Assembly: GCA_041662125.1 (NCBI GenBank) | Contig: JBAZTA010000005.1 | Coordinates: 52,978 to 116,977 of the forward strand | DNA: 64,000 nucleotides | From: Candidatus Omnitrophota bacterium | Lineage (GTDB): Bacteria > Omnitrophota > Gorgyraeia > Gygaellales > Profunditerraquicolaceae | Direction of reading: 5' to 3' | Shown: piece after piece, positions 28,145 to 37,350 of the stretch | Position numbering within the stretch: position 1 is the stretch's first letter | Layout: every line of letters begins with the position of its first letter | Program-made: the position numbers and the translations under genes | The notes under the pieces: generated by a model | Told to the model about the DNA's origin: nothing | Seen by the model: only the letters and a program-made list of their open reading frames with translations | The model's database searches: none

Positions 28145-30244
28145 ATGCAATTCGATCTGTTGTTATTAGCACCGGTAGGTTCGATTTTGGCTTTAGGTTT
28201 CGCTTTTTATCTGGCCTTAAGTATTTTAAAAATGGATGAAGGAACGGATAAAATGAAGGAGATTGCTCAAGCTGTGCGTGTGGGTGCCCAGGCTTATTTA
28301 AAAAGGCAATATCTTGGCATCGCTATGTTTTTTATCGTTGTTTTTCTTATTCTTCTGGCGATGGCTTTGAAGAATTATTTGGTTATATTTGTGCCGTTTG
28401 CTTTTTTAACCGGCGGTATCTTTTCAGGTTTATCCGGTTTTATCGGTATGTCTATTGCTACACAGTCTTCTAACCGGACAGCGCAAGCGGCATCCAAGAG
28501 CTTAAACTCCGGTTTGCGTGTGGCTTTTTCCAGTGGAGCAGTTATGGGCCTTACGGTGGTGGGTTTGGGCCTGTTAGATCTAAGTATTTGGTATTATTTC
28601 CTAAATTGGTATTATTCTTGTCATCCCATTCCGTTAGGAACGGATAAGATTGCGGCAATTACTTCTACTATGCTTTGTTTTGGTATGGGTGCCAGCTCTA
28701 TGGCGCTTTTTGCCAGAGTAGGTGGTGGTATTTTTACTAAGGCTGCGGATGTAGGAGCGGATTTAGTGGGTAAAGTAGAGGCAGGAATTCCTGAAGATGA
28801 CCCGCGTAATCCTGCAGTTATCGCGGATAATGTAGGAGACAATGTCGGTGACGTTGCTGGTATGGGCGCCGATCTTTATGAATCATATGTGGGTTCAATA
28901 GTCGCTACCTCTGCTTTAGGTGTGGCTGCGGGCTTAGGTGTTGCCGGTGTAACCGTTCCTATGGTTATGGCAGCAGTGGGAGTGATTGCTTCCATCATTG
29001 GAACATTTTTTGTAAAAAGCGGGGAGCAGGCCAGCCAAAAAGTATTATTGGCAGCTTTACGTAAAGGTGTATTTACCAGTTCATTATTAGTGGCAGTAAT
29101 TTCATATTTTCTCGTTAGATACACTCTCGGGGTTGAGCATTTGGGTGTTTATTGGTCAGTTCTGGCAGGTTTAGTTGCCGGTGTTTTAATTGGTTTGGTA
29201 ACTGAGTATTATACTTCCAGCGGTTTTAAGCCCACGCGTTCGATTGCGGATGCTTCTTTAACCGGTCCGGCAACGGTAATTATCGGTGGTATTGCTGTTG
29301 GTATGATGTCTACGGCTATTCCGGTAATTATTGTTTGCGTCGCGATCATGATCAGTTTTTACTTGTCTGGCGGAGCAGCAAATTTTAATGCCGGGCTTTA
29401 TGGTATTGCTATTTCAGCGGTAGGCATGCTTTCCACTTTAGGGATAACTTTGGCTACTGATGCCTATGGGCCGGTTGCGGATAACGCCGGTGGAAATGCC
29501 GAAATGGCTAAATTGCCTCCTGAGGTAAGGAAACGCACTGACGCTTTGGATGCCCTTGGTAATACAACGGCAGCCACCGGTAAAGGTTTTGCTATTGGTT
29601 CAGCGGCTCTGACAGCGCTCGCCTTGATTGCGGCTTATAAGGATCAGGTTTTACTCTTAGGAAAAGATGTAAATACAAGCATGATGAATCCTACGGTATT
29701 AGTTGGTTTATTCTTAGGCGGAATGTTGCCATTTTTATTCTGTTCTATGACTATGCGTGCTGTTGGAAGAGCTGCAGGTAAAATCGTGGTGGAAGTACGC
29801 CGGCAGTTTAAGGAAATAATCGGTATTATGGAAGGCACAGCTAAACCGGATTACGCGCGTTGTGTAAGTATTGCAACTGCGGCTGCGCAAAAAGAAATGA
29901 TTGCACCATCTCTCTTGGCAATTGTTGCTCCGATTGCTGTAGGTTTATTAATCGGTATTGATGCAGTTGCCGGGCTACTGATGGGCGCAACGGTCACGGG
30001 TTTTGTTTTAGCGGTGATGATGGCCAATTCCGGTGGTGCCTGGGATAACGCTAAGAAATTTGTCGAAGAAGGGCATTATGGCGGCAAAGGTTCGCCTGCG
30101 CATAAAGCTACGGTAGTTGGCGATACCGTAGGGGATCCTTTTAAAGATACCTCAGGCCCGAGTTTGAATATTTTGATCAAACTCATGTCTATGGTTTCGA
30201 TCGTGTTCGCGTCATTTATCATCAAAAATTCTTTGATCAAATAA
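28145..30244 (+). CDS. hppA: Membrane-bound proton/sodium-translocating pyrophosphatase
   Basis: 699 aa, polytopic. Signature [19 protein letters not shown] ... [17 protein letters not shown] and C-terminal GGAWDNAKK...[12 protein letters not shown]. Confidence 0.95.
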   Translation: MQFDLLLLAPVGSILALGFAFYLALSILKMDEGTDKMKEIAQAVRVGAQAYLKRQYLGIAMFFIVVFLILLAMALKNYLVIFVPFAFLTGGIFSGLSGFIGMSIATQSSNRTAQAASKSLNSGLRVAFSSGAVMGLTVVGLGLLDLSIWYYFLNWYYSCHPIPLGTDKIAAITSTMLCFGMGASSMALFARVGGGIFTKAADVGADLVGKVEAGIPEDDPRNPAVIADNVGDNVGDVAGMGADLYESYVGSIVATSALGVAAGLGVAGVTVPMVMAAVGVIASIIGTFFVKSGEQASQKVLLAALRKGVFTSSLLVAVISYFLVRYTLGVEHLGVYWSVLAGLVAGVLIGLVTEYYTSSGFKPTRSIADASLTGPATVIIGGIAVGMMSTAIPVIIVCVAIMISFYLSGGAANFNAGLYGIAISAVGMLSTLGITLATDAYGPVADNAGGNAEMAKLPPEVRKRTDALDALGNTTAATGKGFAIGSAALTALALIAAYKDQVLLLGKDVNTSMMNPTVLVGLFLGGMLPFLFCSMTMRAVGRAAGKIVVEVRRQFKEIIGIMEGTAKPDYARCVSIATAAAQKEMIAPSLLAIVAPIAVGLLIGIDAVAGLLMGATVTGFVLAVMMANSGGAWDNAKKFVEEGHYGGKGSPAHKATVVGDTVGDPFKDTSGPSLNILIKLMSMVSIVFASFIIKNSLIK

Positions 30245-30389
30245 GTATAGGTTTAAGCAGCTTAAAAAAGGCAAGTCATCTGTTGTTTTCTGACGGAAGA
30301 TTTGCCTTTTTTATTGCCGCGTTTATACCGATTTCTCGCTCTTGATAAGGCTTGAAATTCTCATAATTAACGATATAATGATAAAGGTT

Positions 30390-31580
30390 ATGCCAAAGAT
30401 CAATCTCCTTTATATCATTACGAAATTAGAGCTGGGTGGGGCGCAAAAACAACTCTTAAGCTTGATTGCCAGCCTTGATAAAACCAGGTATACTGTCGTA
30501 TTGTTTACCGGTAATAAGGGGTTGTTGTTACAGGATTTTGCCTCAATTCCCGGGGTGACGATCCAGGCGTCGCGGTTTCTGGAAAGGCCGATCAATCCTT
30601 TAAAAGATCTTATAGCTTTCTTTGAGATTTATTGGTTCATCCGGAAACAAAAGTTCCATATCGTCCATACGCATAGTTCTAAAGCCGGAATTATTGGCCG
30701 CCTTGCCGCGCGGATGGCTCATACGAGTTGTATTATTCATACGGTGCATGGGTGGCCGTTCAATGATCATCAGCCTGGTTTTGTAAGATTTGTTTACATT
30801 TGGCTTGAAAGGATATGCGCGCGGTATTCTGATAGAGTGGTTGTTGTTTCGCGTTTTGATAAACAAAAGGGGCTTACCCAAAAGATCGGCAGGGAACCTG
30901 TGTATTGCCTGATACGCTATGGGATTGATCATGATAAGTTCAGGCGTCAAAAAGAAGATGTCCGGATGAGTGTAAGGGACAGTTTCGCAATACGAGCGGA
31001 TGAATTGCTCATCGGTATGGTCGCCTGTTTTAAACCTCAAAAAAACCCCCTTGATTTCATCAGGGTAGCTTCCTTAATAAGGGATAGCGTAGCGCCTGAA
31101 AAAGTTTCTTTGGGCGTCAAATTCCTGCTTATCGGAGATGGGGTTTTACGCGGCCGTATTGAGGAATTGACCCATGCGTATGGGCTCGATGAACAGGTGA
31201 TCTTAGCCGGCTGGCGGCAAGATATGCCCGCGCTTTTTTCTGCAATGGATATTCTGGTTCTGACTTCTTTATGGGAAGGAATGCCTATCGTGGTATTGGA
31301 AGCGATGCGATGTGGTGTGCCGGTAGTCGTAACTAATACCGGAGGGGTAGCTGAAGTAGTTAAAGATGGCGTGACCGGATTTTTAGTACTTGCGCATGAA
31401 CCCGCATTGATGGCGCAGCAGGTGAGCGTTTTATTAAAAAACGATATTTTAAGGAAACGCATGGGGCAGACAGCAGCAGAGGCGTTGGGAGATAGCTTTC
31501 GCGTTGGAAACATGGTGGTAGAGACGCAAGAGATGTATGAGGATATCTTGAAAAAAAAGGGGCCCGGTTATGATCACTAA
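30390..31580 (+). CDS. Family 4 glycosyltransferase (GT4, retaining, GT-B fold)
   Basis: N-terminal KINLLYIITKLELGGAQKQLL. C-terminal EGMPIVVLEAMRCGVPVVVTNTGGVAEVV (E-x7-E motif). Start ambiguous (30342 TTG, 30378 ATG, 30390 ATG); 30390 chosen for the MPKI + AAAGG context. Confidence 0.7.
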   Translation: MPKINLLYIITKLELGGAQKQLLSLIASLDKTRYTVVLFTGNKGLLLQDFASIPGVTIQASRFLERPINPLKDLIAFFEIYWFIRKQKFHIVHTHSSKAGIIGRLAARMAHTSCIIHTVHGWPFNDHQPGFVRFVYIWLERICARYSDRVVVVSRFDKQKGLTQKIGREPVYCLIRYGIDHDKFRRQKEDVRMSVRDSFAIRADELLIGMVACFKPQKNPLDFIRVASLIRDSVAPEKVSLGVKFLLIGDGVLRGRIEELTHAYGLDEQVILAGWRQDMPALFSAMDILVLTSLWEGMPIVVLEAMRCGVPVVVTNTGGVAEVVKDGVTGFLVLAHEPALMAQQVSVLLKNDILRKRMGQTAAEALGDSFRVGNMVVETQEMYEDILKKKGPGYDH

Positions 31581-32556
31581 ATTTGTTCTCTTGTTTCTTA
31601 TCGCCTCAGGCGTGAGTTTTTTGTTTTTGCTTTTTTTTATGAAGCGATTCGCGAAATCAAAGGTTTTATCTGTGCGCGGCATCCCTCTTGTCGGAGGTAT
31701 CGCGATAGCTTTAAGCTTTTTGGGCGTAGCGGTTATTTGGCTTATCGGCGGCGGCTTCTGGTCAAAAGAACTCTTCGGATTGCTGGGGGCTTCAATGGTT
31801 ATGTTAGTTTTCGGCATTGTTGATGATGTTAGAGAATTATCCGTTGCATCTAAATTCGCGGTCCAGATCATTGCGGCTTTGCTGCTCATTTTTTTCAATG
31901 TAAGGACCCAAATCGCCTTGATCGGCACTATTCCTAATGCGCTTATTACGTTGGTGTGGGTGGTCGGAATCACCAATGCGTTTAATCATTTGGATGTTAT
32001 GGACGGTTTGGCTGGGGGTGTTGCCATGATCGCGGCGTTTTCTTTCTTCGTTCTGGGGCTGTTTCAATATGATTTAAGTATCGCGATCATTTCGATAATA
32101 TTAGCCGGCACTCTTTTAAGTTTCTTGATTTATAATGTTCCTCCTGCCCGTATGTATATGGGTAACTCCGGCAGTCATTTCTTAGGTTTTGTCCTGGCAG
32201 CGATTGCTTTAGTCCTGCAATACGCTCAAATGGAAAACCGGGTAGCGTTGTTGAGCCCTCTTTTGATCCTGGGTTTTCCGATTTTTGATACGATATTTGT
32301 CATGCTGGTGCGTATGCGGCGGAAAAAATCGGTTTTTAAGAAAAGTATTGATCATTTTGCGTTGCGATTGCTCAAAGCCGGGTTTTCAAAACGAAAGGCG
32401 TTGTTGTGTATGGGGGGCGTGTCTTTAATTTATTCCTGCTGCGGAGTTGTTTTGCATGTTCTCAAGAATCAAACGGGGATTATTGTCATCTTAAGCTTAG
32501 TTCTCTGCAGTTTTCTGCTAACCAAAGCTGTCGGTAAAGCATCATTAGATGGTTAA
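31570..32556 (+). CDS. Polyprenyl-phosphate N-acetylhexosamine-1-phosphate transferase (WecA/MraY family)
   Basis: GIPLVGGIAIALSFL, IVDDVRELS, NAFNHLDVMDGLAGG motifs. ~10 TM helices. Confidence 0.85.
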   Translation: MITKFVLLFLIASGVSFLFLLFFMKRFAKSKVLSVRGIPLVGGIAIALSFLGVAVIWLIGGGFWSKELFGLLGASMVMLVFGIVDDVRELSVASKFAVQIIAALLLIFFNVRTQIALIGTIPNALITLVWVVGITNAFNHLDVMDGLAGGVAMIAAFSFFVLGLFQYDLSIAIISIILAGTLLSFLIYNVPPARMYMGNSGSHFLGFVLAAIALVLQYAQMENRVALLSPLLILGFPIFDTIFVMLVRMRRKKSVFKKSIDHFALRLLKAGFSKRKALLCMGGVSLIYSCCGVVLHVLKNQTGIIVILSLVLCSFLLTKAVGKASLDG

Positions 32557-33853
32557 AAAAAGAATTATTATTTTAGGGGCAGGTGTTGCTGGTTTGAGCG
32601 CTGCATGGCATTTGCAGAAAAACAATATTGATTGCCATGTGTATGAAAAAGAAGATGAAGTAGGCGGATTATGCCGCTCCCAGAAAATAGAAAATTTTAC
32701 TTTTGATTATTGCGGGCACGTACTGCATTTCAGGCACGCGTATGTGTTTGATCTGATCAAAAAGATGTTAGGCGGCAATTTAGCCGCACATCGAAAAAGC
32801 GCCTGGGTCCATTCGTTTGGGGTTGATACCCGTTATCCTTTTCAGGCAAATCTTTTCGGGTTGCCGCATTCGGTCGTTGAAGAGTGCCTCTTGGGTTTTA
32901 TTGAGGCGCAAAAGAGTGATGGTAAGGGAATCGGTCAAAAACAGGATTTCTCCTCCTGGATACATGCTACATTTGGAAACGGTATCGCGCGTCATTTCAT
33001 GATCCCCTATAATACGAAATTCTGGACCATTGCGCCGGAGAAAATGACCTGCGAATGGTTTGATGGTTTTATACCCGTACCTACGTTAAGGGAAGTTGTT
33101 GAAGGGACTATTGAAGAAAGTAAACGGCAATTCGGCTATAATGCCCGGTTTTGGTACCCTAAACAGGGGGGGATAAGCCAAGTCCCTCAGGCGTTTGCCA
33201 AGGGGCTTGCGAATATATGTACCGGCATTCGAGTTACGGGGATCAATCTGGAAAAAAAAGAAATAACTCTTTCTTCCGGGCATAGCCAAGCTTTCGATTG
33301 TTTGATCTCGACACTGCCTTTACCTGAGGTGGCAAAGCTTTTGCATTGGATGCCGCCGGCGGCGAGGAGGTCGTTTGCAAAATTAAGATGGAATTCGATC
33401 TATAATTTGAATCTCGGATTTGATGGAGCAGAAGGGTCTCGGCGTCATTGGATATATTACCCGAAGCCAGATGTGTGCTTTTTTCGCGCTGGTTTCCCGC
33501 ACAATTTCTCTTCTGATCTTGTTCCGGCTCATAAAAGCTCTTTATATATTGAAGTCGCTTATTCACAAAAAAAAGATATTGATAAAAGGAGTATTATTGC
33601 CCGTATAAAAAAAGATCTAAAGAAAGTCGGCCTTTTTTCTGCGGAAAACCATGTGCGTGTCAGTCGTGGCAATGATATTCAATACGGGTATCCTTTGTAT
33701 GACAGAAATTATAACCTGGCGCGCAGTGTGATCGTACGCTACCTTTTGGGAAAAAACATGTTTTTATGCGGCCGGTATGGCTCATGGCGGTATATGTCCA
33801 TGGAGGATGCGATACTTGACGGCAAGAATACAGCGGAATCATTCTTATTATGA
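32549..33853 (+). CDS. FAD-dependent oxidoreductase (amine-oxidase / UDP-galactopyranose-mutase-like fold)
   Basis: N-terminal KRIIILGAGVAGLSAAWHL...VYEKEDEVGG (FAD-binding GxGxxG + acidic residue). Length 434 aa. Confidence 0.6.
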   Translation: MVKKRIIILGAGVAGLSAAWHLQKNNIDCHVYEKEDEVGGLCRSQKIENFTFDYCGHVLHFRHAYVFDLIKKMLGGNLAAHRKSAWVHSFGVDTRYPFQANLFGLPHSVVEECLLGFIEAQKSDGKGIGQKQDFSSWIHATFGNGIARHFMIPYNTKFWTIAPEKMTCEWFDGFIPVPTLREVVEGTIEESKRQFGYNARFWYPKQGGISQVPQAFAKGLANICTGIRVTGINLEKKEITLSSGHSQAFDCLISTLPLPEVAKLLHWMPPAARRSFAKLRWNSIYNLNLGFDGAEGSRRHWIYYPKPDVCFFRAGFPHNFSSDLVPAHKSSLYIEVAYSQKKDIDKRSIIARIKKDLKKVGLFSAENHVRVSRGNDIQYGYPLYDRNYNLARSVIVRYLLGKNMFLCGRYGSWRYMSMEDAILDGKNTAESFLL

Positions 33854-34629
33854 TACAAAACAGGATCAAAGCGCTTTTTCTTTACCGGCATACGCTCTGG
33901 GATATGGCGATCTCACAGCTTAAAGCGCGGTATGCATCATCTTTTTCCGGGATATATTCTTCTTTGATCAGCCCTTTCTTGATCATGTCGGTCATAACAT
34001 TTGTTTTTACCTGTGTTTTTAAAGTGGAGATGCGTAATTTTCCTTTGTTTATTTTCTCGGGTATCATTCCCTGGATGTTTTTCTCAAACGCGTTAACAGA
34101 ATCTGCGTCTTCCATTTTGAACCAACTTAACATTTTGCGGCAGTTTAACCTCCCCCGGGAAATCTTGCCGTTAAGCTGTGTCTTGGCGCATTTTCTTAAC
34201 TTTCTTGTCGGTTGGGTGGTTCTCTATCCGGTTTTTTTGTTTTTTAACCCGAAAATAATCCTTCTTTTGCCGTTTTTATGTATCATCATTCTTCTTCACC
34301 TGGTTTTGCTGCTGGGGTTGGGGCTGCTTTTATCAGTCCTTACCGTTTTATTCCGGGATATCGTTTATTTACTCTCAGTCGCACTTATGTTCCTGTTTTG
34401 GATCACTCCTGTTTTTTATTCCACTGCTGTCATGCCCGCGCAGTTCCAGTGGATATTTAACTTTAATCCCATGGTCCCGTTTATCCTTGCCTATCAGAAG
34501 ATCCTTTATTACGGCGTCATCCCTGAAACCTTTTTGATCTTGAGTGTTTTTTCCTGGTCAGTGATGAGTGTTATTCTGGGTTTTATTGTTTTCTCGCGTC
34601 TTGAGAATAAGATCTTAAAAAATATATAA
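33850..34629 (+). CDS. wzm: ABC-2 type polysaccharide exporter permease (Wzm/KpsM/TagG family)
   Basis: LFLYRHTLWDMAISQLKARYASSFSGIYSSLISPFLIM motif region. 6 TM helices. Start overlaps upstream stop (ATGA). Confidence 0.8.
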   Translation: MIQNRIKALFLYRHTLWDMAISQLKARYASSFSGIYSSLISPFLIMSVITFVFTCVFKVEMRNFPLFIFSGIIPWMFFSNALTESASSILNQLNILRQFNLPREILPLSCVLAHFLNFLVGWVVLYPVFLFFNPKIILLLPFLCIIILLHLVLLLGLGLLLSVLTVLFRDIVYLLSVALMFLFWITPVFYSTAVMPAQFQWIFNFNPMVPFILAYQKILYYGVIPETFLILSVFSWSVMSVILGFIVFSRLENKILKNI

Positions 34630-37350
34630 ATGAAGATCATTTCTTTTAACGATGTCTGGGAAATGTACCGCCTTAAGATGGTGGTAGCTCATAAGGCGCA
34701 GTGGGAAAACTTCTGGGCGTTAAAAGGAGTTTCTTTCGATATTGAGCAGGGAGAGACGGTCGGGCTTATCGGCGGCAATGGCATGGGTAAAACAACCATA
34801 TTAAAATTGATCATGGGTATGCTGCAGCCGGACAGGGGCCAGATCAAAGTAAACGGCAGAGTGTCTGGTTTACTGGAGTTAGGCGCCGGATTTCAACCGG
34901 AGTTGACGGGATTAGAGAACGTTCATTTGAATGTCGGCTTGTTTGGCGTTGCGCATAATGAAATCGATGAGAGAGCGAAAGATATTGTCAGTTTCGCTGA
35001 AATCGGCAGGTTTATAAACGCGCCGGTTAAATGTTATTCTCAGGGTATGTTTGTAAGGCTTGCTTTTGCCATCGCCATACACGTTAATTTCGAGATCCTT
35101 TTAATTGACGATATCTTGGCGGTCGGCGACGAATTTTATCAAAGAAGGTGTATTAAGAAGATTTTGGAACTAAAAGAACAGGGCAAGACTATTATTTTTG
35201 TCAGCCATGACCTCGCTCTGCTGGGGCGCCTTTGTAAAAGGGCATTGTTTATGAAAGACGGGCGGTTGATCAAAGATGACCTTATCGATAATTCTATTTC
35301 ATTATATTCACAGACGATAGGTGCCAAAGAAGGCGTGGCGGTTTTAGAGAAGAAGCCCCTCGATGTTGTTTTTAATAATGGCAGTGTTTTCTTTAATTGG
35401 AATGAAAAACTCCTGACCCCTAATACCGGAGTGACGAGTTCTTTTTTTATATCAAACCAATGGTATAGTTCTACCCAGGCTGAATGGGAAGTCACTCAGG
35501 TCAGTGAGTCTGAATTTTGTGCCCGTGGCGTTTTCTATCACGTGCCGTTAACGATACTCTGGAGAATATCTCTATGCGAAGGAAATGAGATAAAGTTCAG
35601 TTTCAGCAGTGAGGCTTCCCGGCTACTGGAGATCAAAACGGGGCATATCGATTTTATGTTCATTAATGAATATGCCCGGTGGGTAACTGCGGTCGAGTCA
35701 GGCGAATTCCCTGTTATTGATTTGCAAGACGCGCATGCAAAGCCTCAGCTTGAGCACAATGTTTCACGCCAGTCTATAGGCCTGCTCGCCGGGGGCCACC
35801 GGCGTGAAGTTTTCATTCCGTCTTTGGGCATTTCTTATGATAGCTGTACGCAGGTAAAGAAGACCCAAGTGTATAACACTGACTATATGGGGAATTGCCG
35901 GCTCATACGATTTAGCACTGGCGCTTTCTTTCAAGACGCCGGCTTAGAGCCTCAAGCGTCCGTTTATTTTCAAGGGTCGGTTGTGTTTAATGTCCCTGAT
36001 ATCAACAGCTTTTTGATCCAGAAACAGAATGATGTAATTCTGACTCAAGGCGATCTTCGCTTGATGTTTAATAATGGCTCATGTTTGCTTGCCTGGGCAG
36101 GCATTTATTTGACAAAGACGTATCATTTGATAACGTTGATCTTTTCGAAAGGAAAACAATGGCCTTCTAATAACGCGCAGTGGGATGTTGAGAAGGCCGG
36201 CGTTTATTCCTTGACTGCTCGGGGAATCCGTCCGGGGCTCGGCTTTGTTGAAGTATGGCGCCTGGAGATCACGGGAAAATCTTCTTTCCGCTGGCAAGTT
36301 GGACTTGAAGTCAAACAGGAGATCCCTCTTGAAGAACAATATATGTGTTTTATGTGTTCAGAGCAGTATCGCTCCTGGTTTGCTGCCCATGGCAGGGGGA
36401 GTTTTCCCGATAATTTTCTGGAAACAGATGTAGACGTTGCGCAGCGGTGTATCGGTGAGGGATCAGTCGGCGTATACAGTGAGAATAAACAGTTCCCAAC
36501 TTTAACGGTCAGGTTTTCCAAAGAGCTGAATAATTTCGCCAAGATAATGAATGCTGATTTTAATGAAAGAGCCCGGATCGTGCGCATTCAAAGGGTTGAG
36601 CCGGAAAAGGATATTCTTCATTCTCCCGGGACGTATCCTTGCCTGGATGTGGAAGTGGTATTGGGTGAGGATGCCCCTCAGGGCACTGAATCCGCCCGTA
36701 GTACGGTGCAGTCGGATAAACTAAAGTTCGTCTTTGAGAAAGGACGGGGTGAGTTGTTTTGGGATGGTGTCGAGCTCACGAAACGTTTGGGATTCTATAC
36801 TGCTTTACGTTGCGGCGGGCGTTGGTATGATTCTTTGTCTGATGCGCTCTGGAAAGTGCAGCAGAAAGATACGTTGGTGTCCGCGCGAGGTAAATGGCAG
36901 CATTTGCCTGTAAGCCAGGTATGGGAAATACGGCTACATTCCAGCACTTCGATCGAAGTAGTGGTAAAAATGATCGTTGAGCAGGAAATAGAAGTCGACC
37001 GGATACAGGCAAACCTGATGCTGTTAGAACGGTATACCCGCTGGACGGCAGGGAAAAGTTCCGGGGAATTTTCCGATTTTAAAGATACTCTTGATGATGA
37101 TTGGGATAGTGTTTACCGGGAAACCAATGGTTTGGGATGTATCGGCGTAGGAGCCGTTAAAGACTCATCTGTGTATATGCCTGCTGTGCATGTTTCTTAT
37201 AGGAAATCAAGTTTTACCTGGGTGCCGACAGTTATTAATTCTGACATTTATCATCGAGCCAGAGTCCTTCAAATGTTGAACTCAAAGACTCAGAAGATAC
37301 CCGCTGGTGAATACATGTATTTCATCGGTGAAATAAAGATCTCCCATTAA
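34630..37350 (+). CDS. wzt: ABC polysaccharide exporter ATPase (Wzt/KpsT family) with ~650-aa C-terminal extension
   Basis: Walker A GGNGMGKTT, signature/Walker B region LLIDDILAVGDEF, H-loop VSHD. Residues ~250-906 are extra and have no recognised motif. Confidence 0.8.
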   Translation: MKIISFNDVWEMYRLKMVVAHKAQWENFWALKGVSFDIEQGETVGLIGGNGMGKTTILKLIMGMLQPDRGQIKVNGRVSGLLELGAGFQPELTGLENVHLNVGLFGVAHNEIDERAKDIVSFAEIGRFINAPVKCYSQGMFVRLAFAIAIHVNFEILLIDDILAVGDEFYQRRCIKKILELKEQGKTIIFVSHDLALLGRLCKRALFMKDGRLIKDDLIDNSISLYSQTIGAKEGVAVLEKKPLDVVFNNGSVFFNWNEKLLTPNTGVTSSFFISNQWYSSTQAEWEVTQVSESEFCARGVFYHVPLTILWRISLCEGNEIKFSFSSEASRLLEIKTGHIDFMFINEYARWVTAVESGEFPVIDLQDAHAKPQLEHNVSRQSIGLLAGGHRREVFIPSLGISYDSCTQVKKTQVYNTDYMGNCRLIRFSTGAFFQDAGLEPQASVYFQGSVVFNVPDINSFLIQKQNDVILTQGDLRLMFNNGSCLLAWAGIYLTKTYHLITLIFSKGKQWPSNNAQWDVEKAGVYSLTARGIRPGLGFVEVWRLEITGKSSFRWQVGLEVKQEIPLEEQYMCFMCSEQYRSWFAAHGRGSFPDNFLETDVDVAQRCIGEGSVGVYSENKQFPTLTVRFSKELNNFAKIMNADFNERARIVRIQRVEPEKDILHSPGTYPCLDVEVVLGEDAPQGTESARSTVQSDKLKFVFEKGRGELFWDGVELTKRLGFYTALRCGGRWYDSLSDALWKVQQKDTLVSARGKWQHLPVSQVWEIRLHSSTSIEVVVKMIVEQEIEVDRIQANLMLLERYTRWTAGKSSGEFSDFKDTLDDDWDSVYRETNGLGCIGVGAVKDSSVYMPAVHVSYRKSSFTWVPTVINSDIYHRARVLQMLNSKTQKIPAGEYMYFIGEIKISH

